A model generated the notes under the pieces. That model worked only from the letters and a program-made list of their open reading frames with translations. It was not told the DNA's origin and searched no databases. The translations under genes were made by a program, and so were the position numbers. From sequence record OP889247.1: a stretch of DNA of 64,000 bases, one strand, 5' to 3'. Position 1 is the stretch's first letter; each line of letters begins with the position of its first letter. Positions 9,247-17,594 of this stretch are shown in pieces.

Positions 9247-9630
9247 ATGATGAACGAACTGAAAACTCAAATCTTCAAAAAGAAACTCTTTGGTCTGAAA
9301 CATAAGTTCCGTTTCCTCAAAGATGATGAAGTGATTCAAGAAGGTGATCTTCACTTCAAGGTCAGTGGGTACGGCGTTTTTGAATTTAAATCTCAAGATG
9401 CTCTAATGGGGTATTTGGAACATCGGATCAAAGAAGCCGAAGTTGGTAACTGGGAAGGTAGAGTTCTTAAATATCTTTCTGAAAACCTGGATAAGTATCA
9501 GGAAGGTTATAAGTTGATCTTGGTTGCAAGACTGCTCGATAATCCCGAGGACACAGCTCTTTGGAATGCTACTTGTTTTGGTGAACCCGTAATCGAATTC
9601 CCAATGCGTGTGTTTGTACGTAAAATCTAG
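9247..9630 (+). CDS. hypothetical protein
   Basis: 127-aa ORF, AGGA SD. Confidence 0.75.
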   Translation: MMNELKTQIFKKKLFGLKHKFRFLKDDEVIQEGDLHFKVSGYGVFEFKSQDALMGYLEHRIKEAEVGNWEGRVLKYLSENLDKYQEGYKLILVARLLDNPEDTALWNATCFGEPVIEFPMRVFVRKI

Positions 9631-9646
9631 ATAAGGAAATATCAAA

Positions 9647-10009
9647 ATGAAACTGTTCAACGTATTATTCGTAACACTGGTAATGTTCTGTTCTTCAGCT
9701 TTTGCTAACGACACTCCGTTCAAGATTCGTAGTGCGATGAGCGAAGACCATTTCGGTGGCGTCCTATTGGACATCATTGTAACGTCTCTGGCTGACAACA
9801 TCTTTGTAAAGAACGTAGAAGTTAATCGTGGTGCTTGTAAGGAAGGTCCAAGTAATTACCGGATGAAAAACAAGTCGCTCAAGTTCGGACAATCGATCAC
9901 TTATCAGTGGCGCTTATTCAACGGTATAGACAACTCCCGTTATGAGTGCGAAGTGATCGAAGTAAAGGTTTACAGCAGTGCTGGTGATTTCACCTATTAC
10001 CCCAATTAA
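9647..10009 (+). CDS. secreted/periplasmic protein with signal peptide
   Basis: MKLFNVLFVTLVMFCSSAFA|ND Sec-type signal; two mature Cys (NRGAC, YEC). Confidence 0.75.
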   Translation: MKLFNVLFVTLVMFCSSAFANDTPFKIRSAMSEDHFGGVLLDIIVTSLADNIFVKNVEVNRGACKEGPSNYRMKNKSLKFGQSITYQWRLFNGIDNSRYECEVIEVKVYSSAGDFTYYPN

Positions 10010-10036
10010 TAAAACCCTACCAAAAAGGAATAGATA

Positions 10037-10414
10037 ATGATCAAAGGTATCAAACAAGGTCAGGTTGTAGTTGGTAAAGTTAAGCATCCTAAAGTAGGTA
10101 TGCTTCCTACTAACCTTATTCTGTTTGCAGTAGAAGGTGAAGTTGAAGATCTCGGTCTGGAACTGGAATGGGTTCAAGAACCTGTAGTGTTTGAAACCGT
10201 TACCGATCTGGGTAATAAAGAAGGTTACGTGAAAGCCATTAAAGGTTACGCTCGTACTTTGGATAAAGAGATCGGTCGTAAACTGGAATGTCTGGCCGAC
10301 TCTATCCACGGATCTTCTTCCAGTTACTATCTGGACGTGTTGGATCCTAACCACTGCATTACACTGTTGCTCTCTAAGAACCACGGTGTACAACTGGGTG
10401 ATCGCTGGAAATAA
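10037..10414 (+). CDS. hypothetical protein
   Basis: 125-aa ORF, AAGGA SD. Confidence 0.8.
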   Translation: MIKGIKQGQVVVGKVKHPKVGMLPTNLILFAVEGEVEDLGLELEWVQEPVVFETVTDLGNKEGYVKAIKGYARTLDKEIGRKLECLADSIHGSSSSYYLDVLDPNHCITLLLSKNHGVQLGDRWK

Positions 10415-10429
10415 GTATAGGAGAAAGGA

Positions 10430-10879
10430 ATGCTGAAATATCTTTATGGAAAACTTCCAGTAGCAAGTAAGTTGAATGGCGATCGAGAAGAACGAGCAGG
10501 GCGTGTTAATGCCCTGCTTTTCTCTGTCAGGCGTGATGTTTATCAACATAAAGAAATGGCGTTTGATGCTTGTTTCATTGCTTTCAATGGAGGGTTTGCT
10601 AACTTCACTCCTAATTTGAAAGAACGTCATTTCTACGGGGAGAGTATTTCCTGCCGGGTTGAAACAGATAAGTCAATTGTTGATAAGCTGATTGAACTGA
10701 AGCACACTGGTCAGGTATTCTACACCAATGCAGTAGATAACAAACAAAAACTGTTTGCTATTATCGAAGGTGAAAATATTTATCCTCGTAAAACTGAGCG
10801 TACCGGTAACTGGATTCCATGTTCTTTGCAAGAGATGGAAAAACTCTGTAACGAAGAACGTTCCACATTACCTTATTGA
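10430..10879 (+). CDS. hypothetical protein
   Basis: 149-aa ORF, AGGAG SD. Confidence 0.8.
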   Translation: MLKYLYGKLPVASKLNGDREERAGRVNALLFSVRRDVYQHKEMAFDACFIAFNGGFANFTPNLKERHFYGESISCRVETDKSIVDKLIELKHTGQVFYTNAVDNKQKLFAIIEGENIYPRKTERTGNWIPCSLQEMEKLCNEERSTLPY

Positions 10880-10895
10880 GTATAGGAAAGAAAAT

Positions 10896-11258
10896 ATGGC
10901 TGAACCAGTGGCAAGATTCAATATCTATACTGTAAACGATTTGATCACTTATCTGTCAGCTTGTATAAATCCCGATCAACCTATCTCTGGGATTTATATA
11001 GTCAATACAGATCCTGTTGTTCAGGAAGAGTACTCGACAGAGTTTGGACTGATGTTATCACAAGTTCCAGTTAAGTACCAACCTTACGAACTTGATATTG
11101 ATTGTATCATTTCTGAGAATGTTACTATAGATCAAGTTATTGGTATCTTGAAGAAAGTCAAAGATCCGTTTACTTTAATTAAACATATCAGGCTCAAAGG
11201 TGCAAGTAATAAGATTTATGCTTCTGTTGATGAGAACGGGTTTGTAATGCACGATTAA
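10896..11258 (+). CDS. hypothetical protein with internal duplication
   Basis: ATG 10896 after AGGA SD; TVNDLITYL..../TIDQVIGIL.... two-fold repeat. Confidence 0.7.
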   Translation: MAEPVARFNIYTVNDLITYLSACINPDQPISGIYIVNTDPVVQEEYSTEFGLMLSQVPVKYQPYELDIDCIISENVTIDQVIGILKKVKDPFTLIKHIRLKGASNKIYASVDENGFVMHD

Positions 11259-11267
11259 TAAAGTATT

Positions 11268-11297
11268 CCCAACCTAACCCACTTGGGTTAGGTTGGG
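11268..11297. terminator. hairpin at convergent gene junction
   Basis: CCCAACCTAACCCA-CT-TGGGTTAGGTTGGG. Confidence 0.75.
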
Positions 11298-11315
11298 TTC
11301 TTTTACATGTTTATT

Positions 11316-11915
11316 TTATTCTTGTAGGTGGGGTTTATAATAAATAGGTACTGTTTTATCGCCCATATTTATTGATTTAATTAAAACACTCCCAGAACGC
11401 TCTGTAACAAGATCTTTAGTATCAGGTATAGTGAGTGTCATCTCGTACCAATGAATATCATCAAAGAGTTTGTATACTGCTTCTACAGTTGTTCTTCTTT
11501 CACTTAATACTAATACTATTTCTTTAGTATCCGTTAAGTAATAAACACCACTATCTAACCCTTGTTCCTTAATAGTTGTTAGAATAGTTTTAGATGTAAA
11601 CTCTCCTTCTAAAACAACTTCTTGATCTTTCAGGATAGTTTCAAAATCTACTTTTTCCAATAAAGCATCAGCGTGGAAGAACCCTCTACTTCTTGATACA
11701 AAGCAAGCTCTGATCTTACCATTATCAAACTTAACAGCAGGTTCTATTTGTACGTCCATGTAACGAAGATTTTCATATCTCTGTTTAGCGACTTTGATCC
11801 TTTCGTCATCACCTTCTGCGATAATGAGTGTCAATTGATTTTCTAGATATTTCTTTATTGAACTAAATAATGGATCATAAATCTTCTTTCGTTTAATAGA
11901 TTCTTCATAAATCAT
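11316..11915 (-). CDS. hypothetical protein, stand-alone DP..G..RY module paralog
   Basis: KKIYDPLFS...AKQRYENL aligns ungapped with the N-terminus of 390-3572. Confidence 0.75.
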   Translation of the reverse strand: MIYEESIKRKKIYDPLFSSIKKYLENQLTLIIAEGDDERIKVAKQRYENLRYMDVQIEPAVKFDNGKIRACFVSRSRGFFHADALLEKVDFETILKDQEVVLEGEFTSKTILTTIKEQGLDSGVYYLTDTKEIVLVLSERRTTVEAVYKLFDDIHWYEMTLTIPDTKDLVTERSGSVLIKSINMGDKTVPIYYKPHLQE

Positions 11916-11988
11916 GTTAATTCCTTACTTAGTGTACTATTCTAAGAAGAATGTTAAAAGTCATTCAAACGATCTTAAATAGATAACT

Positions 11989-12017
11989 CTATATTTTTTC
12001 AAGCAGATATTATTTAA
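11989..12017 (+). promoter_or_regulatory. phage promoter motif, probably early/vRNAP
   Basis: CTATATTTTTTCAAGCAGATATTATTTAA. Confidence 0.7.
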
Positions 12018-12048
12018 ATGAGTAAGTATAGAGTATTGAGGAATATAC

Positions 12049-12552
12049 ATGTCGAACACCTCGTTTATAAGCGATTTACATTTAGATCACTTAAAGGCTT
12101 TACAAGTAAGAGGGTGGTTTCCTACCCTAAAGGAATACCAAGAATATGTTTGCGACATTTGGATTGATAAAGTTACTCCAAGAACCACTATATATCTTTT
12201 AGGTGACATTGCTTTCACTTGGGAAGGTTTAAGTATTCTAAAGAAGCTACCTGGAAAGAAGGTCTTGATATGTGGTAACCACGACCATACTCGTAATTCA
12301 ACGAGAGATTTATTAGAAGTCTACGATGAAATTTACGGACTTCATAGACATCGTTCTGGTCTGTGGTTAAGTCATGCACCAATTCATCATTCTGAACTGC
12401 GTGGTAAATTGAATGTCCACGGTCATACACATGAAAAGGTCATTCAAGATACTCGCTATATCAACGTTGCCATAGATCATTTAAGAAATGGTCCAGTTGA
12501 TTTGGAATTAATTAGGTCTGGCGAATATAGAACATGGAGAGATAATAAATGA
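12049..12552 (+). CDS. calcineurin-like metallophosphoesterase
   Basis: SDLH, LGD, GNHD, SHAP and HGHTH motifs in order. Confidence 0.9.
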   Translation: MSNTSFISDLHLDHLKALQVRGWFPTLKEYQEYVCDIWIDKVTPRTTIYLLGDIAFTWEGLSILKKLPGKKVLICGNHDHTRNSTRDLLEVYDEIYGLHRHRSGLWLSHAPIHHSELRGKLNVHGHTHEKVIQDTRYINVAIDHLRNGPVDLELIRSGEYRTWRDNK

Positions 12553-13022
12553 GCGAAGATTCTACAATAAGAATTGAACTTGAATTTAGGACAAGAGTTA
12601 GATATCTTAAGTTCCAGTTGGAAGAAGATTACGACACTTTCTACCAGAAAACTCCTAATTCAGACAGAACCGATTTCTGTGTAAAGATGTTAGGAATTGT
12701 ACCTACACATAAGGAAGCTGGAAGGTATATTGTCCCTAAGTTACTTAAAGTTCTTGACAATATTAACAATGGTAAACTTCACACTCTTCTTTCTAATGAA
12801 AGGGATTATCGTGAAACTAACATGTTGTTACAGACGGAATTTTGTAGATCCGTTACAAAGATGGATTATAAGGGAAATTTAGATTTCTATATTAATAGAG
12901 ATATCAACATCCCTGAATCAAGAACTGTATTAAAAGACATGCTCGACCTGATGGTCTTTGTGGAAGCCATTAATCAATTTGTTAAAATCGAATCCGTTAA
13001 ACCAATCTTTGCTGGAGAATAA
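12549..13022 (+). CDS. hypothetical protein
   Basis: 157-aa ORF with ATGA overlap. Confidence 0.75.
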   Translation: MSEDSTIRIELEFRTRVRYLKFQLEEDYDTFYQKTPNSDRTDFCVKMLGIVPTHKEAGRYIVPKLLKVLDNINNGKLHTLLSNERDYRETNMLLQTEFCRSVTKMDYKGNLDFYINRDINIPESRTVLKDMLDLMVFVEAINQFVKIESVKPIFAGE

Positions 13023-13024
13023 TA

Positions 13025-14269
13025 ATGTCAGAAGCTTCTGTAATGAAAATGAATGTAGATCCCGCCAAATGCCCTTTTTGCAATTCACCTGAAGTGGAGT
13101 ACCCCAGTCCTCGCACTGTTTATTCTTGCGGAACTAGTGATTATGATGGTCGACCTGAATCGGTAATGCAATCTGAAACATGTAAAGAACGTGTATTAGT
13201 TAAACCTGTTTACACTACCCAGTTTGAAAAGAAGTTTGGTATTAAAGAAGAAGATTGCAAAAACCAATATGAACTGTGGTATTTCAAAACTCTTCTTTCT
13301 CTGCTTGAAGATGGAACAGTTAAGGAAGACCGTACTAATACAGGAACACGCTCCATACCGTTCCATACCTATCAACATGATCTTCGTGAATCTTATCCAT
13401 TGATGAAATCACGTTATTTGAATCCATTTAACCCGATTAAAGAAATGGTCTGGATGTTGAGTGGATCTTCTAATGTTAAACCTCTTCAGGAAATGGGAGT
13501 TCCTTTCTGGGATTGTTTTGCTGATGAAGATGGGGAGCTGGGTCCTGTATATGGTGTTCAGTGGCGTCATTGGAAAACCCCTGATGGTGAAGAAGTTGAT
13601 CAAATTCAATATGTTCTTGATCTACTGGAGAATGAACCTACTTCACGACGTATGGTGGTTAACTGTTGGAACCCTTCATTCACCCCGATTGCTAAAACAG
13701 CTCCTAAAGATAATCCAAAACTTGGGAAGATGAGTTTGACACCATGTCACTACTCATTCATTCTGACCGCGACACCAATGAATTTTGGTGATCGACTGAA
13801 CACTTTCAAACACTCTCACACAGCCATCCATGCTAATCTTTATCCAATTTCTGGTAAAGGCTGGGCTGAACATGCTGAAGAAGTAATGGATCGTCACAAC
13901 GTTCCTAAGTTCTATCTGGATCTTAGCTTCATCATGCGTTCTAATGATTTCGTTCTAGGTAATCCCGCTAACCTAAACGAATACGCTGGTCTGTGTATGA
14001 TGTTTGCACAACAACGTAATATGGTTGCACGTTACGTCAACTATACAGGGATAGATGTTCACATTTATTCTGATCACATTACCGGTGTTAGAGATCAGAT
14101 CGATTATGCTAAGAAACATCCAGAGATCTTTACTGATAAACCAGCGCAAATGTTTTTGATTGGTGATAAACCTGAAACCATCTTTGACTACACCGCTGAT
14201 CATTTCTCAGTACAAGGTTATAGTAAAGAAAATGCCGGTCCGGTAATTCGTTTCCCTATCGCTGTATAA
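13025..14269 (+). CDS. thyA: thymidylate synthase
   Basis: DRTNTGT, LGPVYGVQWR, RRMVVNCWNP, catalytic PCH, RSND...GNPAN, DVHIYSDH, FPIAV terminus. Confidence 0.95.
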   Translation: MSEASVMKMNVDPAKCPFCNSPEVEYPSPRTVYSCGTSDYDGRPESVMQSETCKERVLVKPVYTTQFEKKFGIKEEDCKNQYELWYFKTLLSLLEDGTVKEDRTNTGTRSIPFHTYQHDLRESYPLMKSRYLNPFNPIKEMVWMLSGSSNVKPLQEMGVPFWDCFADEDGELGPVYGVQWRHWKTPDGEEVDQIQYVLDLLENEPTSRRMVVNCWNPSFTPIAKTAPKDNPKLGKMSLTPCHYSFILTATPMNFGDRLNTFKHSHTAIHANLYPISGKGWAEHAEEVMDRHNVPKFYLDLSFIMRSNDFVLGNPANLNEYAGLCMMFAQQRNMVARYVNYTGIDVHIYSDHITGVRDQIDYAKKHPEIFTDKPAQMFLIGDKPETIFDYTADHFSVQGYSKENAGPVIRFPIAV

Positions 14270-14291
14270 CTAAATAAAGAGGTCGATTAAA

Positions 14292-14402
14292 ATGCTGTTT
14301 GGTGCTTTGTTGTTAATTGGTGCATTGTATCTTATTGGTGTTTTAATCGATCTCACCATTAATAAGAAAGATAAGAGACCTAAAGGTTTCAGGGAGGGAT
14401 GA
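14292..14402 (+). CDS. 36-aa single-TM protein (absent from ORF track)
   Basis: MLFGALLLIGALYLIGVLIDLTINKKDKRPKGFREG; GAGG SD; stop overlaps next ATG (ATGA). Confidence 0.6.
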   Translation: MLFGALLLIGALYLIGVLIDLTINKKDKRPKGFREG

Positions 14403-14728
14403 GTGATAAAAGGAATTTCTATACTAATTATCTTTGGGATGATTATATTGCCATTTGTAATTTTCATGGAGAAAATGTATTGAACTTAATTCTAGACTTT
14501 ACTTTGGGTTTTCTTCAGTTCGTTAAAGAATACTGGATTACGGTAGTTCTGGTGTCAACTATCTTTATTATATTCGACATCATAGATCTGAAGAAACGTG
14601 AACACAAATCGGTACGTGAACATCGGGTAATGTTATTTTGGTTATTTGTTCAATATAACGTTATTACAGTTGTGTTTGGGTATTTCCTTGTATTGATTGG
14701 TAAAACTTTTCACTTTATAGCAGGATAA
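14399..14728 (+). CDS. small membrane protein
   Basis: 109 aa, two or three hydrophobic segments, GGAGGG SD. Confidence 0.7.
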   Translation: MSDKRNFYTNYLWDDYIAICNFHGENVLNLILDFTLGFLQFVKEYWITVVLVSTIFIIFDIIDLKKREHKSVREHRVMLFWLFVQYNVITVVFGYFLVLIGKTFHFIAG

Positions 14729-14733
14729 AAAAA

Positions 14734-15006
14734 ATGGACTTTATTTCTTTCATTAGTAATCAAAGTTTCTTGTTTTGGACTTTTCTGTTTCTAGCTTGTT
14801 TATTTGCTTATCTACTATCTGTTCTGAAAGTTATTCTATTTGATGTAAGGGACACAAAACTGGTTTATGGCCCTTATTGTAAGAATCTGAAGTTGTTGTA
14901 TAAACCCTATAAGCAATGTTTCAAAGAAGCTTTTGTAATGGAATGGAAAACGATGATACTTTTCGTTGTTCTTTACACGTGTTTCTCTTACTATCAATTT
15001 GGTTAA
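14734..15006 (+). CDS. small membrane protein (2 TM)
   Basis: 90 aa, hydrophobic N- and C-terminal segments, AGGA SD. Confidence 0.7.
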   Translation: MDFISFISNQSFLFWTFLFLACLFAYLLSVLKVILFDVRDTKLVYGPYCKNLKLLYKPYKQCFKEAFVMEWKTMILFVVLYTCFSYYQFG

Positions 15007-15012
15007 TTTATT

Positions 15013-15040
15013 AGGAGGTGGGATTCCCACCTCCTCTTTA
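15013..15040 (+). terminator. Rho-independent terminator-like hairpin
   Basis: AGGAGGTGGGA-T-TCCCACCTCCT then CTTTT. Confidence 0.65.
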
Positions 15041-15064
15041 TGTTTCAATATAGGAATTTTAATA

Positions 15065-15715
15065 ATGAGTAAATTGGTTTTAGCTTTTGATATGGACGAC
15101 ACTATTACCCAAACTGGGACCTTTATTAATAAAAAGATCAAAGAGTTCTTCAAACAAAATGACATGAAAGAAGAACTGGAATACGTTCTTGCTAATGAAT
15201 CCAATGTTTCTACTATGTTGTATCCAGCATGGATCAAGAAACATGTGGATAAAGAAATTATTGGTCCAGGTCTTTATATGCTGGAAGCTGGTAAAACAGC
15301 GCTGTGTTCAGCCTTTTCTATTGGTACTTTGGAAGCTCTGTTGGAACATCATGGTGAAGATATCATCGTTTCAATTTGTTCTCACCGTGGGTTCCACCCT
15401 TATGGTGAAGTTTACACACGCCAGTGGTTAGAAGAAAACGACCTTCTGCATCTCTTCGATGATATCCATATGTTGGACTCTTCAGTACAACCGGATAAAG
15501 TTGCTTTTCTAAAGGAAACTTATCCAGATCACGAAATTATCTTGATTGACGATAATCCGTTGTCTAAACATCTGGGTGAGATTATCCCTCATCACGAAGA
15601 AATTCTTATCTATGATGAAGAACACAAACTTGACGCTTATGTAAATCAAACCCGGTATCAATCACCTAAACAACTTTCACGCTTGATTATGGATCGACTG
15701 GAACGTCTTCTATAA
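15065..15715 (+). CDS. HAD-superfamily phosphatase (5'-nucleotidase-like)
   Basis: MSKLVLAFDMDDT (DxD motif I), CSHRG motif II, DK, LIDDNP motif IV; start moved to ATG 15065. Confidence 0.8.
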   Translation: MSKLVLAFDMDDTITQTGTFINKKIKEFFKQNDMKEELEYVLANESNVSTMLYPAWIKKHVDKEIIGPGLYMLEAGKTALCSAFSIGTLEALLEHHGEDIIVSICSHRGFHPYGEVYTRQWLEENDLLHLFDDIHMLDSSVQPDKVAFLKETYPDHEIILIDDNPLSKHLGEIIPHHEEILIYDEEHKLDAYVNQTRYQSPKQLSRLIMDRLERLL

Positions 15716-15726
15716 GGATAATAAAG

Positions 15727-16212
15727 ATGGAACTCAAATTCCTTTCCGTTAATCTTAATACCATTAATAGTGCACTTAACGAAAAACAGATCGCTAAAGT
15801 TATTGAATTACAAAACAACTTAATTAAGTGGGAAATTGAAAACAAGAAACTTTTGTGTGATCAAGAGACCTTATCTCCGTTATCCACAGATATTAGCGGA
15901 TTACTCAGACACGATTGTCAAGTACTTTATGTCGCTATTAATCCTGTTAACAATCTACCTATAGCCATTACTGTAGCTGAACCACATCCAGATAACAGAG
16001 AGATTTGTGGACTGATGTCTGTTTGTGTTGAACCTATGTACAAACGGGAAGGAATTGGTTCTCAGTTGATGAGTAAAATTAAGGAAGATCTTTCTAATAA
16101 TGGATTTAAGGAAATTGTTTTGTTTCTAGATTTCCGTAGTCCTGAAGCGTTAGGTTTCTATACTAGTTTAGGGTTTCAACTTACTTTTGCAAATGCTTCT
16201 TTAGGGATTTAA
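15727..16212 (+). CDS. GNAT-family acetyltransferase
   Basis: VCVEPMYKREGIGSQLM acetyl-CoA loop, ALGFYTSLGF. Confidence 0.85.
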   Translation: MELKFLSVNLNTINSALNEKQIAKVIELQNNLIKWEIENKKLLCDQETLSPLSTDISGLLRHDCQVLYVAINPVNNLPIAITVAEPHPDNREICGLMSVCVEPMYKREGIGSQLMSKIKEDLSNNGFKEIVLFLDFRSPEALGFYTSLGFQLTFANASLGI

Positions 16213-16213
16213 G

Positions 16214-16738
16214 ATGACTTGTCAGGTATCAATGATTTTTGCTAGTGATGAACAATTTGCAATTGGTTTTCAGAATGGATTACCTTGGAAAGGCTATCCT
16301 GAGGACATGGAGTGGTTTAAGCAGAACACTATGGGTAAAGTCGTAGTGATGGGTAGACGAACTTACGAATCTCTCCCAGAACGATTTAGACCGCTTCCTG
16401 GACGTACCAATGTAGTTCTTACTTCTAACACTGAAACCTTTATTGATGCGATTGTTTCACCATCCGTAGAAGCTGTATTAGAACGCTTTAAGGACGAGAA
16501 AGAAATTGTGATAATCGGTGGGGGTGAAGTCTACAAGTCCTTTGCTCCTTATATTACAAAGGTATATCAAACTAATATTCCTCACAGTCACGATAATGAT
16601 ATTAGAATGGAAGTTGAGTGTCATGACTGGGATTTGGTTTATCACGATTCTCGTTTAGGTGGAGACAGACCGACATTCCAAATCTTTGAGAAGATGGATA
16701 GTAATGACGAACTAGAAATCAATATTAGAAAATATTGA
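16214..16738 (+). CDS. folA: dihydrofolate reductase
   Basis: IGFQNGLPW...EDMEWF, VVMGRRTYESLP, RPLPGRTNVVLT, IIGGGEVY. Confidence 0.95.
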   Translation: MTCQVSMIFASDEQFAIGFQNGLPWKGYPEDMEWFKQNTMGKVVVMGRRTYESLPERFRPLPGRTNVVLTSNTETFIDAIVSPSVEAVLERFKDEKEIVIIGGGEVYKSFAPYITKVYQTNIPHSHDNDIRMEVECHDWDLVYHDSRLGGDRPTFQIFEKMDSNDELEINIRKY

Positions 16739-16740
16739 GT

Positions 16741-16768
16741 CTATAATTTTTCAAACCTATATCATTAA
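16741..16768 (+). promoter_or_regulatory. phage promoter motif, probably early/vRNAP
   Basis: CTATAATTTTTCAAACCTATATCATTAA upstream of clpP-groEL. Confidence 0.7.
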
Positions 16769-16804
16769 TACGTATAAGTACAAAAGGTATTTAGGAGAAC
16801 CCCG

Positions 16805-17542
16805 ATGAGTGAAGAACAGAAAGTTGTAGAAGAAAATAAAGTAGAAAGGAAACCATGGGGAACGTATACACTGTTTGGTGAATTGGACTTTGAAGGTGCT
16901 GACGATTTTAATTCACTAATGCAATCAAAGGCTCCCTCCTTGCCCATGATACTGCTAGTTAGATCTGGCGGTGGAAATGGGTTACCGGCAACTATTATCG
17001 CGGACACACTTAACGCCCATCACTGCAAGAAAGTCATTATAGGGTTGTCCATGATTTGTTCCGCAGCGTGGGCTATTTTTACCCCTTTGCAATCATTGAG
17101 ACTTTGTTACAGAACCAGTTTGTTCATGCAGCATCAGGCATCGTACAACATTCAAGCCGTTTCCCGTGACGAAGCTAATATGACAATGGGCGTCCAAAAC
17201 CACATCACAACCACCATGGACAATATGTTTAAGGAAGGTTTTGGGATAGACGATAAAACTCTACAAAAACTTATTGCCAAGGAAAGTTGGATTTCTTCCT
17301 CCGAAGCTTTGTTCTTTGGTGACCGAGGGATCGTGGATGGAATCATTGCTAAAGAACTAAGAACCGAAGATTATATCGTTCTTACTCGTGAAGGTTATAA
17401 ACGTATTGATGTTAACGAAGTTTATAATTCACATCTTCTTAAACAACACCCACTCCTCACAGAAGAAGAATGTAAAGAGTTTGAACTCAAACAACATGTT
17501 CCAGTTCCTGTTGGATTGAAGTTCACTAAAGCTTTCGCTTAA
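16805..17542 (+). CDS. clpP: ClpP-like serine protease
   Basis: VRSGGG (cf. INSPGG), ICSAA nucleophile, FMQHQ His, WISSSEALFFG..IVD. Confidence 0.7.
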   Translation: MSEEQKVVEENKVERKPWGTYTLFGELDFEGADDFNSLMQSKAPSLPMILLVRSGGGNGLPATIIADTLNAHHCKKVIIGLSMICSAAWAIFTPLQSLRLCYRTSLFMQHQASYNIQAVSRDEANMTMGVQNHITTTMDNMFKEGFGIDDKTLQKLIAKESWISSSEALFFGDRGIVDGIIAKELRTEDYIVLTREGYKRIDVNEVYNSHLLKQHPLLTEEECKEFELKQHVPVPVGLKFTKAFA

Positions 17543-17594
17543 AGTTTAGCACAAGTCTAGTAATGTAAACCTATAATTAAATAAGGATCCGATC

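Noticed and set aside
13025-14269. dCMP hydroxymethylase implying modified DNA
   Set aside because: The specificity residue is Asn (GNPAN), as in dUMP-using ThyA, and I see no glycosyltransferase or other modification genes in the window.
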